Positions 27,660 through 39,910 of a stretch of DNA of 64,000 nucleotides are shown piece after piece. Under the pieces are notes generated by a model. The model had not been told where the DNA came from, ran no database searches, and was given only the letters and a program-made list of their open reading frames with translations. Source of the DNA: Candidatus Falkowbacteria bacterium (lineage in GTDB: Bacteria > Patescibacteriota > Patescibacteriia > CAIXNZ01); assembly GCA_963774955.1 (NCBI GenBank), contig CAVZGV010000006.1, forward strand, positions 8,354 through 72,353, given 5' to 3'. How positions within the stretch are numbered: the stretch's first letter is position 1; each line of letters begins with the position of its first letter. A program made the translations under genes and the position numbers.

Positions 27660-28474
27660 TATTTTAGTAACAAATAAATTATTATAGCAATACCTAATAT
27701 TATACGGTAATAGCCAAAAACATTCAATGAATGATTTTTCAGATACGCCAACAAATATTTAATGGCCAATAAACCGATAAGCATAGCCGCAAAAAGGCCG
27801 GCTAAATAGATAATCATGTCAAGACTGTTTAAGCTGATTGCCCTTAAATCCCAGGCTTTTTTAATGCCTGCGGCAAAGACTATCGGGATAGACATCAAAA
27901 AAGAAAATCGAGCCGCAGTTTCCCTTTTCAGGTTCAGGCCCATTCCCGCAGAAATAGTTGCGCCTGAACGGGATACTCCTGGAATCAGGGCCAGAGCCTG
28001 CGCCAATCCCAAATAAATAGCCTTGGACCAGTTTAAGCTCTGTAAGTCTAATGTTTGCCGACTGATTTTTTCAATAATCAGGAAAATAACACCAACAATG
28101 ATCAGAAATAAGGCGACGCTAAATAAATTACGGAAAATACTGTCAATAAAATCATTTAAAAATAAGCCGGCAATAACCGCGGGAATCATGGTTATAAGAA
28201 TTAACCAGGAAATTCTTTGATCAAGGTTGGACTTTAATTCCCATTTGATTAAACTCTTTATAAAAGCCCTTAAATAACGTATAATATCCTTATAGAAATA
28301 AATGACTAAAGCCGCTAAGGTACCCCAATGCAAAAAAACATCATAAGCCAGATCATCGGCTGTTTGCCAATTGAAAATATCGTGAAAAATTAACAAATGG
28401 CCTGAGCTGGATATGGGCAGAAATTCAGTTAACCCCTGAATGATGCCTAAAATAATTGATGAAACTAAACTCAT
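27659..28474 (-). CDS. uppP: Undecaprenyl-diphosphatase UppP (BacA)
   Basis: GIIQGLTEFLPISSSGHLLI…PGVSRSGATI. Confidence 0.9.
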   Translation of the reverse strand: MSLVSSIILGIIQGLTEFLPISSSGHLLIFHDIFNWQTADDLAYDVFLHWGTLAALVIYFYKDIIRYLRAFIKSLIKWELKSNLDQRISWLILITMIPAVIAGLFLNDFIDSIFRNLFSVALFLIIVGVIFLIIEKISRQTLDLQSLNWSKAIYLGLAQALALIPGVSRSGATISAGMGLNLKRETAARFSFLMSIPIVFAAGIKKAWDLRAISLNSLDMIIYLAGLFAAMLIGLLAIKYLLAYLKNHSLNVFGYYRIILGIAIIIYLLLK

Positions 28475-28555
28475 ATTTTGCCATGATTTATGATATAAGA
28501 TTTACGATATAAGTAACAACTTATATCTTAGATCCTAAATCTTAAATCCAAACTT

Positions 28556-28972
28556 ATGTCTTATAAACTCATTCTCGTCCCCTTTATTGCCCTTTTTCTC
28601 GCCCAATTAATCAAGGTAACCATTGACTCATTTAAAGGCCAATTTTCCTGGCGTAATTTCAATAATTACGGCGGTATGCCCTCATCTCATTCGGCCATGG
28701 TCGCGGCTTTAGCAACTGTGATGGCTAAAGAATTTGGTTTAACATCCGGATATTTTGCCCTGGCCTTTGCCTATGCCTTTTTAACGATTCGTGATGCTGT
28801 AGGTCTACGTTATCAACTCGGCTTTCACAGTAAAATAATTAATCGACTGATCAAAGATTTGCCCGATGATAAAGAAAATAAATATCCGTATTTGCAGGAA
28901 AGGCTCGGCCATACTTATTGGCAAGCTCTGGCCGGCATAATCATGGGTATAATTATTGCCCTAATTATTTAA
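28556..28972 (+). CDS. Divergent PAP2 (DUF212) membrane protein
   Basis: GGMPSSHSAMVAALATV. Confidence 0.7.
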   Translation: MSYKLILVPFIALFLAQLIKVTIDSFKGQFSWRNFNNYGGMPSSHSAMVAALATVMAKEFGLTSGYFALAFAYAFLTIRDAVGLRYQLGFHSKIINRLIKDLPDDKENKYPYLQERLGHTYWQALAGIIMGIIIALII

Positions 28973-29088
28973 TAAATTATCCACATCTCTTTACAAACCC
29001 GAACATCTTTGCTAAATTTACATAACTCTTAAAGTATAGTTCTTTTCATTGTAATTATCAACATTAAACTGAACAAAGGAGGCAGAGA

Positions 29089-29916
29089 ATGCATAAATTG
29101 CTGAGTAAGGGCTTACTGTCGGCATTCCCCTTTGGGCAGCCAAACCAGAGCCAAAACCAGAATCAGGGCAAACCCCAGAAAGGGCCGGGCTGCTATCTTG
29201 TTGTGGCTGTCGTCAGCTTTATCATGATTATAATCTTTAAGGCCATTGATAATAAATGGCAGACCAACCTTATACCCTACTCCCTGTTCGAATTCTGGCA
29301 CTGCCAGTATCCTTTAATTGAAGGTGTCAAAGCAGCTATGCCCCTTTTTTACTGGGGTGTTTTGCTAAAAACTCTTGACATCACTTTCAGGTCTGATTCC
29401 TCAAACAGAGAAATTGCGGAAAATATCACCCCGGCCCAACTACTGGGCGGCGGCATCCTCATGAGCGTTTTTGCCGGAGTGTTTGAAGAAATCAGTTTCC
29501 GCTGGATCATGTTTTTCGATAGCATTGTCGCCAACAAACTGATAAATTACCTGCTTTTGGGCTTCATGGATCATGGCATTGTGAAATGGCTATTTTTGCA
29601 CTGGGGAGCGCCCATAACCAACTGGGTCACCTTTGATCTGTTTTACTCCTATATTCATAATCCGTTGGGTTGGTCTGTAGGAGCGGCCATGATCGCCATC
29701 AATGCCACTTTTCGTGACGGTCACAAATATCAGGGGCCTATTGGCTGGCTGAACAGCTGGTATGTCGGCTTTTTCCTTTTCTGGATCATGTTTAATTACG
29801 GCTTGCTAAATGCCATCATCGCCCATGCCATCTACGATTTGCTGGTTACTGGCGAGGAATTTCTTTACTTTAGCTACTATTGCCGTAAACACGGAATTAC
29901 GCCCCAAACAGAATGA
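29089..29916 (+). CDS. CPBP family intramembrane metalloprotease (CAAX protease/Abi-like)
   Basis: EEISFRWIMF…FLHWG…AHAIYD. Confidence 0.75.
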   Translation: MHKLLSKGLLSAFPFGQPNQSQNQNQGKPQKGPGCYLVVAVVSFIMIIIFKAIDNKWQTNLIPYSLFEFWHCQYPLIEGVKAAMPLFYWGVLLKTLDITFRSDSSNREIAENITPAQLLGGGILMSVFAGVFEEISFRWIMFFDSIVANKLINYLLLGFMDHGIVKWLFLHWGAPITNWVTFDLFYSYIHNPLGWSVGAAMIAINATFRDGHKYQGPIGWLNSWYVGFFLFWIMFNYGLLNAIIAHAIYDLLVTGEEFLYFSYYCRKHGITPQTE

Positions 29917-29969
29917 CTACAAATTCTGTTGAATCTAAATATACCCGCGGAAAACTTTCTGCGGGTATT

Positions 29970-30488
29970 TTATTCTCCGACAATCTGGACCGTGATTAAA
30001 CGGTCCCTTTTTTTAATATCAAAATCTAAAAGCACAATCTGTTGCCAGGTGCCTAAAACTAATTCCTGGTTTATCAAGGGTACTGTCAATGAGGTGCCGA
30101 TCAAAGTCGAACGGATATGGGAAAAGCCATTGCCATCCTGCCACTTTTTATCATGGTAATATTCCTTGCCCTGCGGCGCAATTATTTCCAGTGCGTCTTT
30201 CAGATCCTTGTCCAATTCAGCACCCACTTCCATGGTAGAAATCGCGGCCGTAGATCCGGTGACAAAAACCAAAACCTGACCGCTTAATATTTTAGAGTCA
30301 CTGACGATTTTTTCCACCTCATCAGTAATATTTATAACAGCGCAACAACCTTCGGAATTAATTGTAAAATTTTCAGAGTATACCATAAAATTATTTCTGA
30401 CACTTAGGACAATATGATGAAGTCCTGCCACCGATTTTAACCCGTTCAATCTTCCCTCCACACGAACATATTTCACCGTATTTACCAT
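29970..30488 (-). CDS. yjbQ: YjbQ/UPF0047 family (secondary thiamine-phosphate synthase-like)
   Basis: …GQVLVFVTGSTAAIS…GFSHIRSTLIGTSLTVPL… The start may be an internal Met. Confidence 0.7.
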   Translation of the reverse strand: MVNTVKYVRVEGRLNGLKSVAGLHHIVLSVRNNFMVYSENFTINSEGCCAVINITDEVEKIVSDSKILSGQVLVFVTGSTAAISTMEVGAELDKDLKDALEIIAPQGKEYYHDKKWQDGNGFSHIRSTLIGTSLTVPLINQELVLGTWQQIVLLDFDIKKRDRLITVQIVGE

Positions 30489-30494
30489 AAACTT

Positions 30495-31253
30495 TTAATT
30501 TTTCAGAATAACCGCCGCTTCTCCGTCAGCATTACGAAAATCGCGAAAAGTCGTACCCTGGGCTTTTATCGATGCCTGCAAAATACTTTTTATACCTTTA
30601 TAAATTAAACTTATTTCTTTTTCCTTCAAGTCTTTAACTTTACGAGTTGGACTTACTCGCGCGTAAAAACAAACTTCGTCGCTGTAAATATTCCCCACGC
30701 CGACAACAACCATTGGATCCATCAGAAACTTCTTTAATGGATTATTGGGACGTTTTTCCATCCAGGCTTTCAAGTATTTCAAAGTAAATTCCGGATTCAA
30801 AGGCTCAGCGCCTAATTTCATGTCTGCCAATTGTTTATTCAAGTTTTTTGCATCAAACAATCTAATCCAGCCAAATTTACGAATATCATTAAAATACAAA
30901 TGACTACTATCAGTAAAAATAATCGACGCATGAGTAAATTTATTGGGTAAGCAGTCATATCCCTGTTCAATCGGATGTCCGCCGACTACGCATTTTATCT
31001 TCTCGGCATAAACCAATTGTCCCGTCATTTTTAAATGAATTAAAAAATGCCAATCCTTAGTCAAATCAAGAATCAGCATTTTAGCCCGGCGCCTGACAGC
31101 TGTAATTTTAAGTCCTGGCAATAAACGCTGATAATCTTTTAACGGCTTATTTAGCATTTTCTGCCAATCACAACCAAAATCGGAAATTGTTTTTCCGATT
31201 ATACTTTTTTCCAACCCGCGCTTAATTGTTTCTACTTCAGGTAATTCCGGCAT
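30495..31253 (-). CDS. mutM: Formamidopyrimidine-DNA glycosylase (Fpg/Nei family)
   Basis: Begins MPELPEVETIKRGL (catalytic P2/E3). 252 aa. Confidence 0.8.
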   Translation of the reverse strand: MPELPEVETIKRGLEKSIIGKTISDFGCDWQKMLNKPLKDYQRLLPGLKITAVRRRAKMLILDLTKDWHFLIHLKMTGQLVYAEKIKCVVGGHPIEQGYDCLPNKFTHASIIFTDSSHLYFNDIRKFGWIRLFDAKNLNKQLADMKLGAEPLNPEFTLKYLKAWMEKRPNNPLKKFLMDPMVVVGVGNIYSDEVCFYARVSPTRKVKDLKEKEISLIYKGIKSILQASIKAQGTTFRDFRNADGEAAVILKN

Positions 31254-31300
31254 AATAATTTAAATACTAATATTTAAATTAGTAACCTGAGTTCAAAGAC

Positions 31301-32885
31301 CTAAATCAAGGATGTTCCAGTCATTTCCTCTGGTTTTTTAACATCCATTATTTTTAAAATAGTCGGTGCCACATCCGCTAAAATTCCTGACGGCTGAACC
31401 AAACTCAAATCTCCACCCACAGTATCTGGCAAACCTATATTTTTGCCTTCCCATTCATTACCAATAATCAAAAATGGCACCGAATTTGTACTATGTTCCT
31501 TATCAATTTCACTGGTTTTAATATTTTGCAATTCTTCGGCGTTGCCATGATCAGCGGTGACTAAAACCACGCCGTTTTTACTTAAGGCCAGGGTAACAAT
31601 TTTCCCCAAACATTTATCAACCGTTTCCGCAGCCTTAATCGTTGCCTTCAAATCAGCAGTGTGGCCGACAATATCGGCATTGGCAAAATTTATCACGATA
31701 AAATCATATTTATTTTCTGTAATAGCCTTAATAACTTCATCGGTTACTTTCAGTGCGGACATTTCTGGTTTTTCAGCAAAAGACGCAACTCGAGGCGAAG
31801 GAATGACTATTCTGTCCTCACCCGGGAAAGGCTGTTCCATGCCCGCCATTAAAAAAATAAGTTACATGCGCGTATTTTTCTGTTTCCGCAATATGCAGCT
31901 GTTTTAATTTTGCATCGCTAATAACTTTGGCTAAAGGCATTATTAATTTCAAAAGGATAAAAGGCCACGGCATCCAAAGGCAAATCCTTATCATACAGAT
32001 ACATAGCGCAAAAAAATAAATTTTTAAAATCAGTTTTACGGTCAAACTTATTAAATTCAGGCAGAATAAAAGCTTCAGTTATCTGTCTGGCGCGATCTGA
32101 ACGAAAATTAAAAAATATGACCGCGTCCTTATCTTCAATTTTGGCAATCGGACTTGTCTTTTTCCATAATTACCGTGGGCACGAATTCCTCATCATAAAT
32201 TTTGCTTTTTCATATGAAATTTCAATCGCCTTTATCGGATCACTGAATTTGTTATCACTTTCACCCAGGACCATGGCCTTAAAAGCTTTTTCTGTTCTTT
32301 CCCAGTGATTATCACGATCCATGGCATAAAAACGGCCAGACAAAGTGGCAATTTTCGCATTAATTCCGATTTCCTTAATTTTAGCCAGCAATTCTTCAAC
32401 AAACCTTTTACCACTATTATAAATGGTATCTCGACCGTCCAAAAACGCATGGATATAAACTTCTTTTACTTTTTCCTTTTTGGCTAATTCCAATAAAGCG
32501 TATAAATGTTCTATATGCGAATGTACACCGCCGGAAGAAACCAAACCCATTAAATGCAATTTAGATTTATTTTTCTTAGCATGTTCAATCGCCTTTAAAA
32601 AAGCTTCATTTTTATAAAAATGAACCGTCAGTAATCGTTTTAGAAATTCGGGGACAAGTCTGATAAAAAATAAAACCGGCGCCCAAATTAGTATGGCCGA
32701 CTTCTGAATTACCGATTTCTCCCCAGGATAAACCGACTGAATCGCCTGAAGCCATCAAAGTCATGGCAGGATAGGTGGAGATATATTTTTTAATAATTCG
32801 GTAATTTTGCTCGCGTAAGGGCATTGCCCGGAGAATCAGGCGCCACGCCCCAGCCGTCCAAAATTATTAAAATTACCGGTTTATA
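31301..32885 (-). pseudogene. gpmI: iPGM (2,3-bisphosphoglycerate-independent phosphoglycerate mutase) copy 1, broken into at least 4 reading-frame fragments
   Basis: The fragments are 32612..32824 (…SGDSVGLSWGEIGNSEVGHTNLGAG…), 32170..32559 (MHLMGLVSSGGVHSH…FLDGRDT), 31818..32045 (…[13 protein letters not shown]) and 31301..31849 (…TADHGNAEE…). The N-terminus [12 protein letters not shown] is in yet another frame. Confidence 0.7.
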
Positions 32886-33029
32886 TTTTATTTAGGCATG
32901 AATTTAAAGTTCAATATGAATTTAAAGCTAAATACTAATTAAGTTTAAATTTTTTAAACTTAAATTTGATTTTAACATTAATTATTTAAATTTAAATTTT
33001 GATTAATAAGACCTGTCATTTCTTTGGGC

Positions 33030-34560
33030 TTTTTAATTTTCAGCAGATCTAAAATAGTTGGCGCCACATCGCCAAAATCCCCTTTTTACTTTAATTTTAT
33101 TTTTTTCAAATCTTTATTTACCAAAATAAACGGCACCGGATTAGTACTATGTTCAGTATCAATTTCGCCTGTTTGCAAATTAATCATTTCCTCAACATTA
33201 CCGTGATCAGCGGTTATAATCATTGTGCCGCCCTTTTTACTTATAACCTTATAAATTTTCCCCAGAGATTTATCAATAAATTCAACCGCCTTAATTGCCG
33301 CTTTAAAATTGCCAGTATGCCCGATCATATCCGCATTAGGAAAATTAACCATAATAAAATCAAATTTATTTTTATTTAAATCATTGATAATGATCTTGGT
33401 TAACGGTAAAATTGACATCTGCGGATATTCTTCATAATTTTTCTTACCAGCAGAAGGAATCACCTGCCATTTTTCACCATTGACCGGCTTATTATGGCCG
33501 CCATTAAAAAAGTAAGTCACATGGGCGTATTTTTCCCTTTCTGATATATATAATTGCCTCAAATCCTTCAAACAATAAGGCAACGGATTTTCCACTGTTA
33601 TACTGGGAAAAGCAGTCAACACACTATCCAAATCCGGCCCAAAATCAGTTAAAGCCACAAATTTTAAATTCTTTAATACTTTTTTTCTTTTAAACTCCCC
33701 GATATTTTTACCTTCAAAATCTTTCTGGACAAAAGGCTTGGCCATTTGTCTGGCCCGGTCAGATCTTAAATTAAAAAATATTACCGAGTCATTATCTGCA
33801 ATAAATTTTGGCTTTTTTACCGGGTTTAAAATCACTGTCGGCGTAATAAATTCATCGGTTTCGCCGCGATTATATGCTTCGCTAATTGCTTTATAAGGAT
33901 TATCAGAAACAATACCCTCGCCTAAAACCATGGCATTGTAGGCCATTTCTGTGCGTTGCCAGCGTTTTATTCGATCCATGGCATAAAATCTGCCGATTAC
34001 CGTGGAAATAATTTCGTTATTCTGAAAATTATTTATCAATTTGCTAATTAAACGGGAAGCCGCGTGCGGAGAAGAATCACGGCCATCAGTAAATAAATGG
34101 AGATAAACACGTTCAAATTTCTGTTGCTTGAAAAATTTCAACAAGGCATAAAGATGTTCGGGATTAGAATGGGCACTTTGGCCGTTTGATAATAAACCCA
34201 TTAGATGCAGATTGGATTTATTTTCCTTGACATGGCGTATGGCTTCAAGCAAAGCCGTATTTTTATAGAAAGTTCCATCTTTGATAGTTTTCTGATACTG
34301 GACTGCATTCTTGCTGAACTATTCGTGCCAGCGCCTAAATTCATATGACCGGCTTCAGAATTACCATCCTGTCCCCTGGGCAGACCGACTTCCCTACCTG
34401 ACGCAATTAACTGAGTCTGGGGATAATGGCTGATTAAAAAAATCCCAATTCGGCAATTTAGCCACAGATATTGGGTTTGAAGCGCTGGCTGGCGCAATGC
34501 CCCAGCCATCCAGAATAACTAAAATAATCGGCAAAAAATTTATCTTTTTGGCCTGTTTCA
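33030..34560 (-). pseudogene. gpmI: iPGM copy 2 (tandem paralog), at least 3 frame changes near N-terminus and a deleted/out-of-frame C-terminus; the 388-aa core is intact
   Basis: [21 protein letters not shown] (34560-) then …[26 protein letters not shown] in another frame. The core is at 33086..34252. The C-terminal …GDFGDVAPTILDLLKIKKPKEMTG is out of frame past 33086. Confidence 0.6.
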
Positions 34561-34699
34561 TATACTCTTATTTTAGCGCATTTTAAGATATTTTTCAAAT
34601 AAAAAAGACAAACCGTCCAATGGTCATTCAGAGCAACGCGTGGAATCCATGAAGTCCTGGATTCTTCGTTACACTCTTAATACGGTTTGTCTTTTTTTA

Positions 34700-35959
<1,260 letters not shown>

Positions 35960-35997
35960 AATTTTTTATTTGTCATTAATTATTTGTCTTTACCAGG

Positions 35998-36771
35998 CTA
36001 GTCCAATTCATAGACAACAGTGGCTGTAATTACAATATCCTGGCTGCCTGCCTCCACTGCCGGTGCAGCGGCGATACCACCGCCCATTTCTGCACCCTTG
36101 AAACTGGAATAATACGGTTGGGGCATATAACTGTCGCCTTCGCTGAAAGAAACAACCTTCCCAAGTTTTACGCCCATAACTTTAGCCAGATCATCAGCTT
36201 TTTGCTTGGCATTTTCCATGGCTTTAACCCTCGCTTCCTGTCGGTATTGTTCCGGCTCATCAATATTAAAAGATAACCCACCGATCTGATTCAGATTTAA
36301 ATCACCTGCCAACTTTAAGACATCGTCAACTTTATCAGTCTTACGTAATTTTACCTGCACTTCCTGATAAACCGTATAACTGCGCAATGTCTGTTTACCA
36401 TAATTATAATCGTAGTTAGGATAGATATTATAACTGCTGGTCTGAATATCCTTTTTCTCAATATCAAGACCTTTAAGTTTTTCTATTAAAGAATTCATAG
36501 TCTTGGTATTTTCTGTTTGAGCATCTGCGACTTTAGCCTTTTCCACGGATAAACCCAAGGTAACAAAAGCAATATCAGGAATAACCGTTACTTTGCCTTC
36601 GCCGCTGATGCTGATAGTTCTTTGGATATCAGTACTTTTACCGATGTAGTAATTTTGTTTATACAAATTGCGTGTCCAAAAAATAAAACCGAAAATGAGC
36701 ACGACCAGTAAAATTGCCAGGATAACGGCAAAGACTGGATTTTCCTTGAGTTTTGGCCAGAAAGAGTTCAT
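35998..36771 (-). CDS. SIMPL/DUF541 family protein (N-terminal TM anchor)
   Basis: …TISISGEGKVTVIPDIAFVTLGLS…TATVVYELD. Confidence 0.7.
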   Translation of the reverse strand: MNSFWPKLKENPVFAVILAILLVVLIFGFIFWTRNLYKQNYYIGKSTDIQRTISISGEGKVTVIPDIAFVTLGLSVEKAKVADAQTENTKTMNSLIEKLKGLDIEKKDIQTSSYNIYPNYDYNYGKQTLRSYTVYQEVQVKLRKTDKVDDVLKLAGDLNLNQIGGLSFNIDEPEQYRQEARVKAMENAKQKADDLAKVMGVKLGKVVSFSEGDSYMPQPYYSSFKGAEMGGGIAAAPAVEAGSQDIVITATVVYELD

Positions 36772-36788
36772 ATGTTTTAAAGGTTAAT

Positions 36789-36862
36789 TGAACCACGAAA
36801 TTTTAATCACGAAATTACACGAAATATTTTCGTGCTTTTTGTGTAAATTTTTTGTGGTTCAG
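36789..36862 (-). promoter_or_regulatory. CACGAAA palindromic motif cluster upstream of SIMPL gene (perfect palindrome CACGAAATATTTTCGTG at 36818..36834; flanking TGAACCAC/GTGGTTCA IR)
   Basis: TGAACCACGAAATTTTAATCACGAAATTACACGAAATATTTTCGTG…TGTGGTTCAGG. Confidence 0.45.
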
Positions 36863-36939
36863 GCTTCTTTATTAATTAGTTTATATAATACATTACGCAA
36901 ATTTTATATAAAGGTAACGTTTTCGTGTCTAATAAATAA

Positions 36940-37161
36940 TTATTTCTGAATCTCACTGACAATTTTCAAAATCTTTCCAACCATTTTTTTCTGATACCCC
37001 ATCCTGGCCAACATTTCCTTAACTAAACTATCAAGTTCTTCATCAGCGATACTGATCACGATGGTATCGCATACATAAGGAGAATCCTCCGGGTTCAAAA
37101 GCTCCCTTATCTCTGATAATTTGTTTTCAATTTTATCCAAATGATCAAGGTTCATATCCAA
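36940..37161 (-). CDS. Hypothetical 73-aa protein immediately downstream of pgk
   Basis: ORF abutting the pgk stop. Confidence 0.35.
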   Translation of the reverse strand: MDMNLDHLDKIENKLSEIRELLNPEDSPYVCDTIVISIADEELDSLVKEMLARMGYQKKMVGKILKIVSEIQK

Positions 37162-38349
37162 TTACTTTCTCAATGGTTTTAGGCCAGGCAATACTTTACC
37201 TTCCAGAAATTCCAGCATAGCACCGCCGGCAGTAGACACATAATCAGGCCAGCTGTTTAAATGCAGTTTATTCAAGACAGCTAGAGTCTCACCACCGCCC
37301 ACTACTCCGAAAGCAGCCCCCTTGGCATGAGCAGCGACTTTATGGCAAATATAATTCGAGCCGTGATTAAAAGGCTCGGTTTCAAAAACGCCCATCGGAC
37401 CGTTCCAGATCAATGTTTTGGAGCTATGGATAAGACCTTCATAATAATTCTCGGTCTTTGGCCCAATATCCGCAATCTGAAAATTCTTCTGAGTTTTCAA
37501 CTGCTCCAATTTTACACTTTTTGTCTTGGCGCCGGCCTTAATCTTTTTGGTAATAATAACATCAAGCGGCAGGACAAGCTTATCCTTAGCCTTAGCGAGT
37601 AAATTTTTCGCCATGGTCACATAATCTTTTTCAAAAACTGAATTGCCGATATTCAAACCTTTGGCTTTGAAAAAATTATTAGCCAAAGCACCGCCGATCA
37701 GTATATGGTCATAACGTTTTAACAAGTTTTCAATAACTTTAATTTTTGTAGAAATCTTAACACCGCCGATAATAGCAATGGCCGGTCTTTTAAAACCGCT
37801 CAATAATTTACTCAAATTCTCCACCTCATTGGCGAGGTTCAGGCCGGCATAAGCTGGTAAATACCTGGTAATACCGGCAACTGAGGCATGGGCGCGATGG
37901 CAGACTGAAAAAGCTTCATTGACATATATATCAGCCAAATTAGCCAGTTCCCTAGCGAATTTGAGGTCATTTTTTTCCTCACCCGGATTAAAACGCAAAT
38001 TTTCCAAAAGCAAAATTTGCCCTGATTTTAATTTTTTAACCTGGGTCTGAACCTGTTCACCAATACAGTCAGATGCAAAAGTTACTTTTTTCTTGCCTCG
38101 GCTGTCCAGAAAATATGCAATTGGTTTTAAGCTTAATTCTTTAACATACTTGCCGTCCGGACTGCCCAGATGGGACATTAGAATAACTTTAGCCTTTTTT
38201 TTGACCAAATAATTAATGGTAGCAAAACTGCGTTCAATTCTTTCAGCTTCCAAAATTTTGCCGTGTTTAAGCGCGACATTATAATCAACGCGCACCAAAA
38301 CTGTTTTGTTTTTTAGATTCTTAAGTTGTAAAATTGATTTTAGTTTCAT
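37162..38349 (-). CDS. pgk: Phosphoglycerate kinase
   Basis: VLVRVDYNVAL…GGGASLEF-like C-terminus. 395 aa. Confidence 0.9.
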   Translation of the reverse strand: MKLKSILQLKNLKNKTVLVRVDYNVALKHGKILEAERIERSFATINYLVKKKAKVILMSHLGSPDGKYVKELSLKPIAYFLDSRGKKKVTFASDCIGEQVQTQVKKLKSGQILLLENLRFNPGEEKNDLKFARELANLADIYVNEAFSVCHRAHASVAGITRYLPAYAGLNLANEVENLSKLLSGFKRPAIAIIGGVKISTKIKVIENLLKRYDHILIGGALANNFFKAKGLNIGNSVFEKDYVTMAKNLLAKAKDKLVLPLDVIITKKIKAGAKTKSVKLEQLKTQKNFQIADIGPKTENYYEGLIHSSKTLIWNGPMGVFETEPFNHGSNYICHKVAAHAKGAAFGVVGGGETLAVLNKLHLNSWPDYVSTAGGAMLEFLEGKVLPGLKPLRK

Positions 38350-38392
38350 ACTTATATATTATAACAAATTATTAGCAAATAAAAAAATCCCC

Positions 38393-39106
38393 CTAATTCT
38401 CATCATTATCTACTTTTTCCCATTTACCGTTTTTATATTCGGCTATCCAAATATCTTTTCCAGGTTTATATTTACTGATTATGGTATGCAACGGCCCCGA
38501 AACCTTACCTGAACCTCCCAGCCTATAGTCGTAATGATAATCAAGACCAACAACCCCCAATTCTAGACTGATCAAATCTCCTCGTTCATTAATAACTTTT
38601 TGTATTACAAAAAAGTCTTCAGGTTCTACTTCTGGGCAAAATTGATAAAACTTATCCATTATTATTTGTTCACTCTGAATAGGCCCGTCAGATTCTCGAG
38701 CCTGAAAATCTTCATTAGCAATGACCTGCGATTTTTTATTTTCCGGCAGGGCAATGATTATTTTCTGTTCTTCTAACATTTTCAAAATATTATTTCTAAC
38801 CAAACTATTATCAACATAATCTTTGTCTGTCTCTTCTGCCAGCTCTTTGATTTTTTCTGACTGTTTATCTTTCAATCTTTTATCCTTTTTCCAAACTGAC
38901 ACTAAATCTTTTAACTCCTGATAAATTTTAACAGCTTTAAGCGTATCACCCACCTTTTCAGCTTTGACCGCCTCATCAATCGAGTCATTGAGTATTTTAT
39001 GCTGTTCCGGCGTCAAATCCATTTCCTTAACCCGACCCAAAACCTGCCTGGCCATGGCTAAGACCGGTGGTTCTTGTTTTTCTGGTTGTTCTAAAAATTT
39101 AGTCAT
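38393..39106 (-). CDS. Paralog family member P1 (divergent N-module + short C-terminal beta-module)
   Basis: N-module …VLAMARQVLGRVKEMDLTPEQHKILNDSIDEA… The C-terminus is …GDLISLELGVVGLDYHYDY…. Confidence 0.6.
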   Translation of the reverse strand: MTKFLEQPEKQEPPVLAMARQVLGRVKEMDLTPEQHKILNDSIDEAVKAEKVGDTLKAVKIYQELKDLVSVWKKDKRLKDKQSEKIKELAEETDKDYVDNSLVRNNILKMLEEQKIIIALPENKKSQVIANEDFQARESDGPIQSEQIIMDKFYQFCPEVEPEDFFVIQKVINERGDLISLELGVVGLDYHYDYRLGGSGKVSGPLHTIISKYKPGKDIWIAEYKNGKWEKVDNDEN

Positions 39107-39117
39107 AACAATAATTC

Positions 39118-39882
39118 TTATACTATTTGTATAGATTTACCGGTCTTTGTCAGCCAACACCTCTGAGCATCATTCCAACCAACTATTATTTTGGAAAAAC
39201 CAATTGTAGCCGGCCTAACTTCAATATTTAAATCTTGCAGGTCAATAAAAGTCTCATCCGAGAAATGATTGCCTTTGTGATTTTCACCGGCTGCATGATA
39301 ACCATAACTGATTTCTGGATCACCGACTTTGCCAATCTCTAAGTTAATAATTCTCCCCTTTTTATCTTTCGTGCCGTCATAAACAAAAAGATCTTCGGCA
39401 TTAACTTCTTCGTCTGCCGCGAGAATTACCCTAAGAATTTGTTCGGCAGTAAATTGACGTTCTAATGACAGATTATAAACTCCTTCATAAGGGATAATTA
39501 TTTCATCTGCTGTCTTTTCCAGATCAATTATTTGCTGCCTCATGGCTAAAACTAAATCCTGCCGCTTTTCTTCATTCAAGGAATCATCAACAATTGCTTC
39601 TGCTATCGCCTTATTGACCTTTTCAATTTGCCTTTCTTTTAATCCCTCATAATTCGGCCTTGCCGTTATGACCTCTAAATATTTTTTTAATTGATTGTAA
39701 ATATTAATGGCTTTAGACAAGTTCTTTGATTGTTCATAATCTCGAGCTTCCTCAATCATGGCCATAACTTTTTTATTCTGTTCCGGCGTCAGATCCATTT
39801 CCCTGACCAGACCTAAAGCAGTCCTGGCCATGGCCAGGGATTGAACTTCAGGACTATTTGATTGGGGTTTTTCTTTGGGCAT
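39118..39882 (-). CDS. Paralog P2 (N-module + short beta-module)
   Basis: MPKEKPQSNSPEVQSLAMARTALGLVREMDLTPEQNKKVMAMIEEA… and a C-terminal …GRIINLEIGKVGDPEISYGYH…. Confidence 0.65.
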   Translation of the reverse strand: MPKEKPQSNSPEVQSLAMARTALGLVREMDLTPEQNKKVMAMIEEARDYEQSKNLSKAINIYNQLKKYLEVITARPNYEGLKERQIEKVNKAIAEAIVDDSLNEEKRQDLVLAMRQQIIDLEKTADEIIIPYEGVYNLSLERQFTAEQILRVILAADEEVNAEDLFVYDGTKDKKGRIINLEIGKVGDPEISYGYHAAGENHKGNHFSDETFIDLQDLNIEVRPATIGFSKIIVGWNDAQRCWLTKTGKSIQIV

Positions 39883-39910
39883 AAATTAAGATAAAACTTA
39901 TATCCATTAT

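Noticed and set aside
32885-33085. The AT-rich TTTAAATT-repeat spacer between the two iPGM copies as a mobile element or replication origin.
   Set aside because: It is short and low-complexity, consistent with an ordinary AT-rich intergenic or promoter region. It has no terminal repeats and no adjacent transposase.
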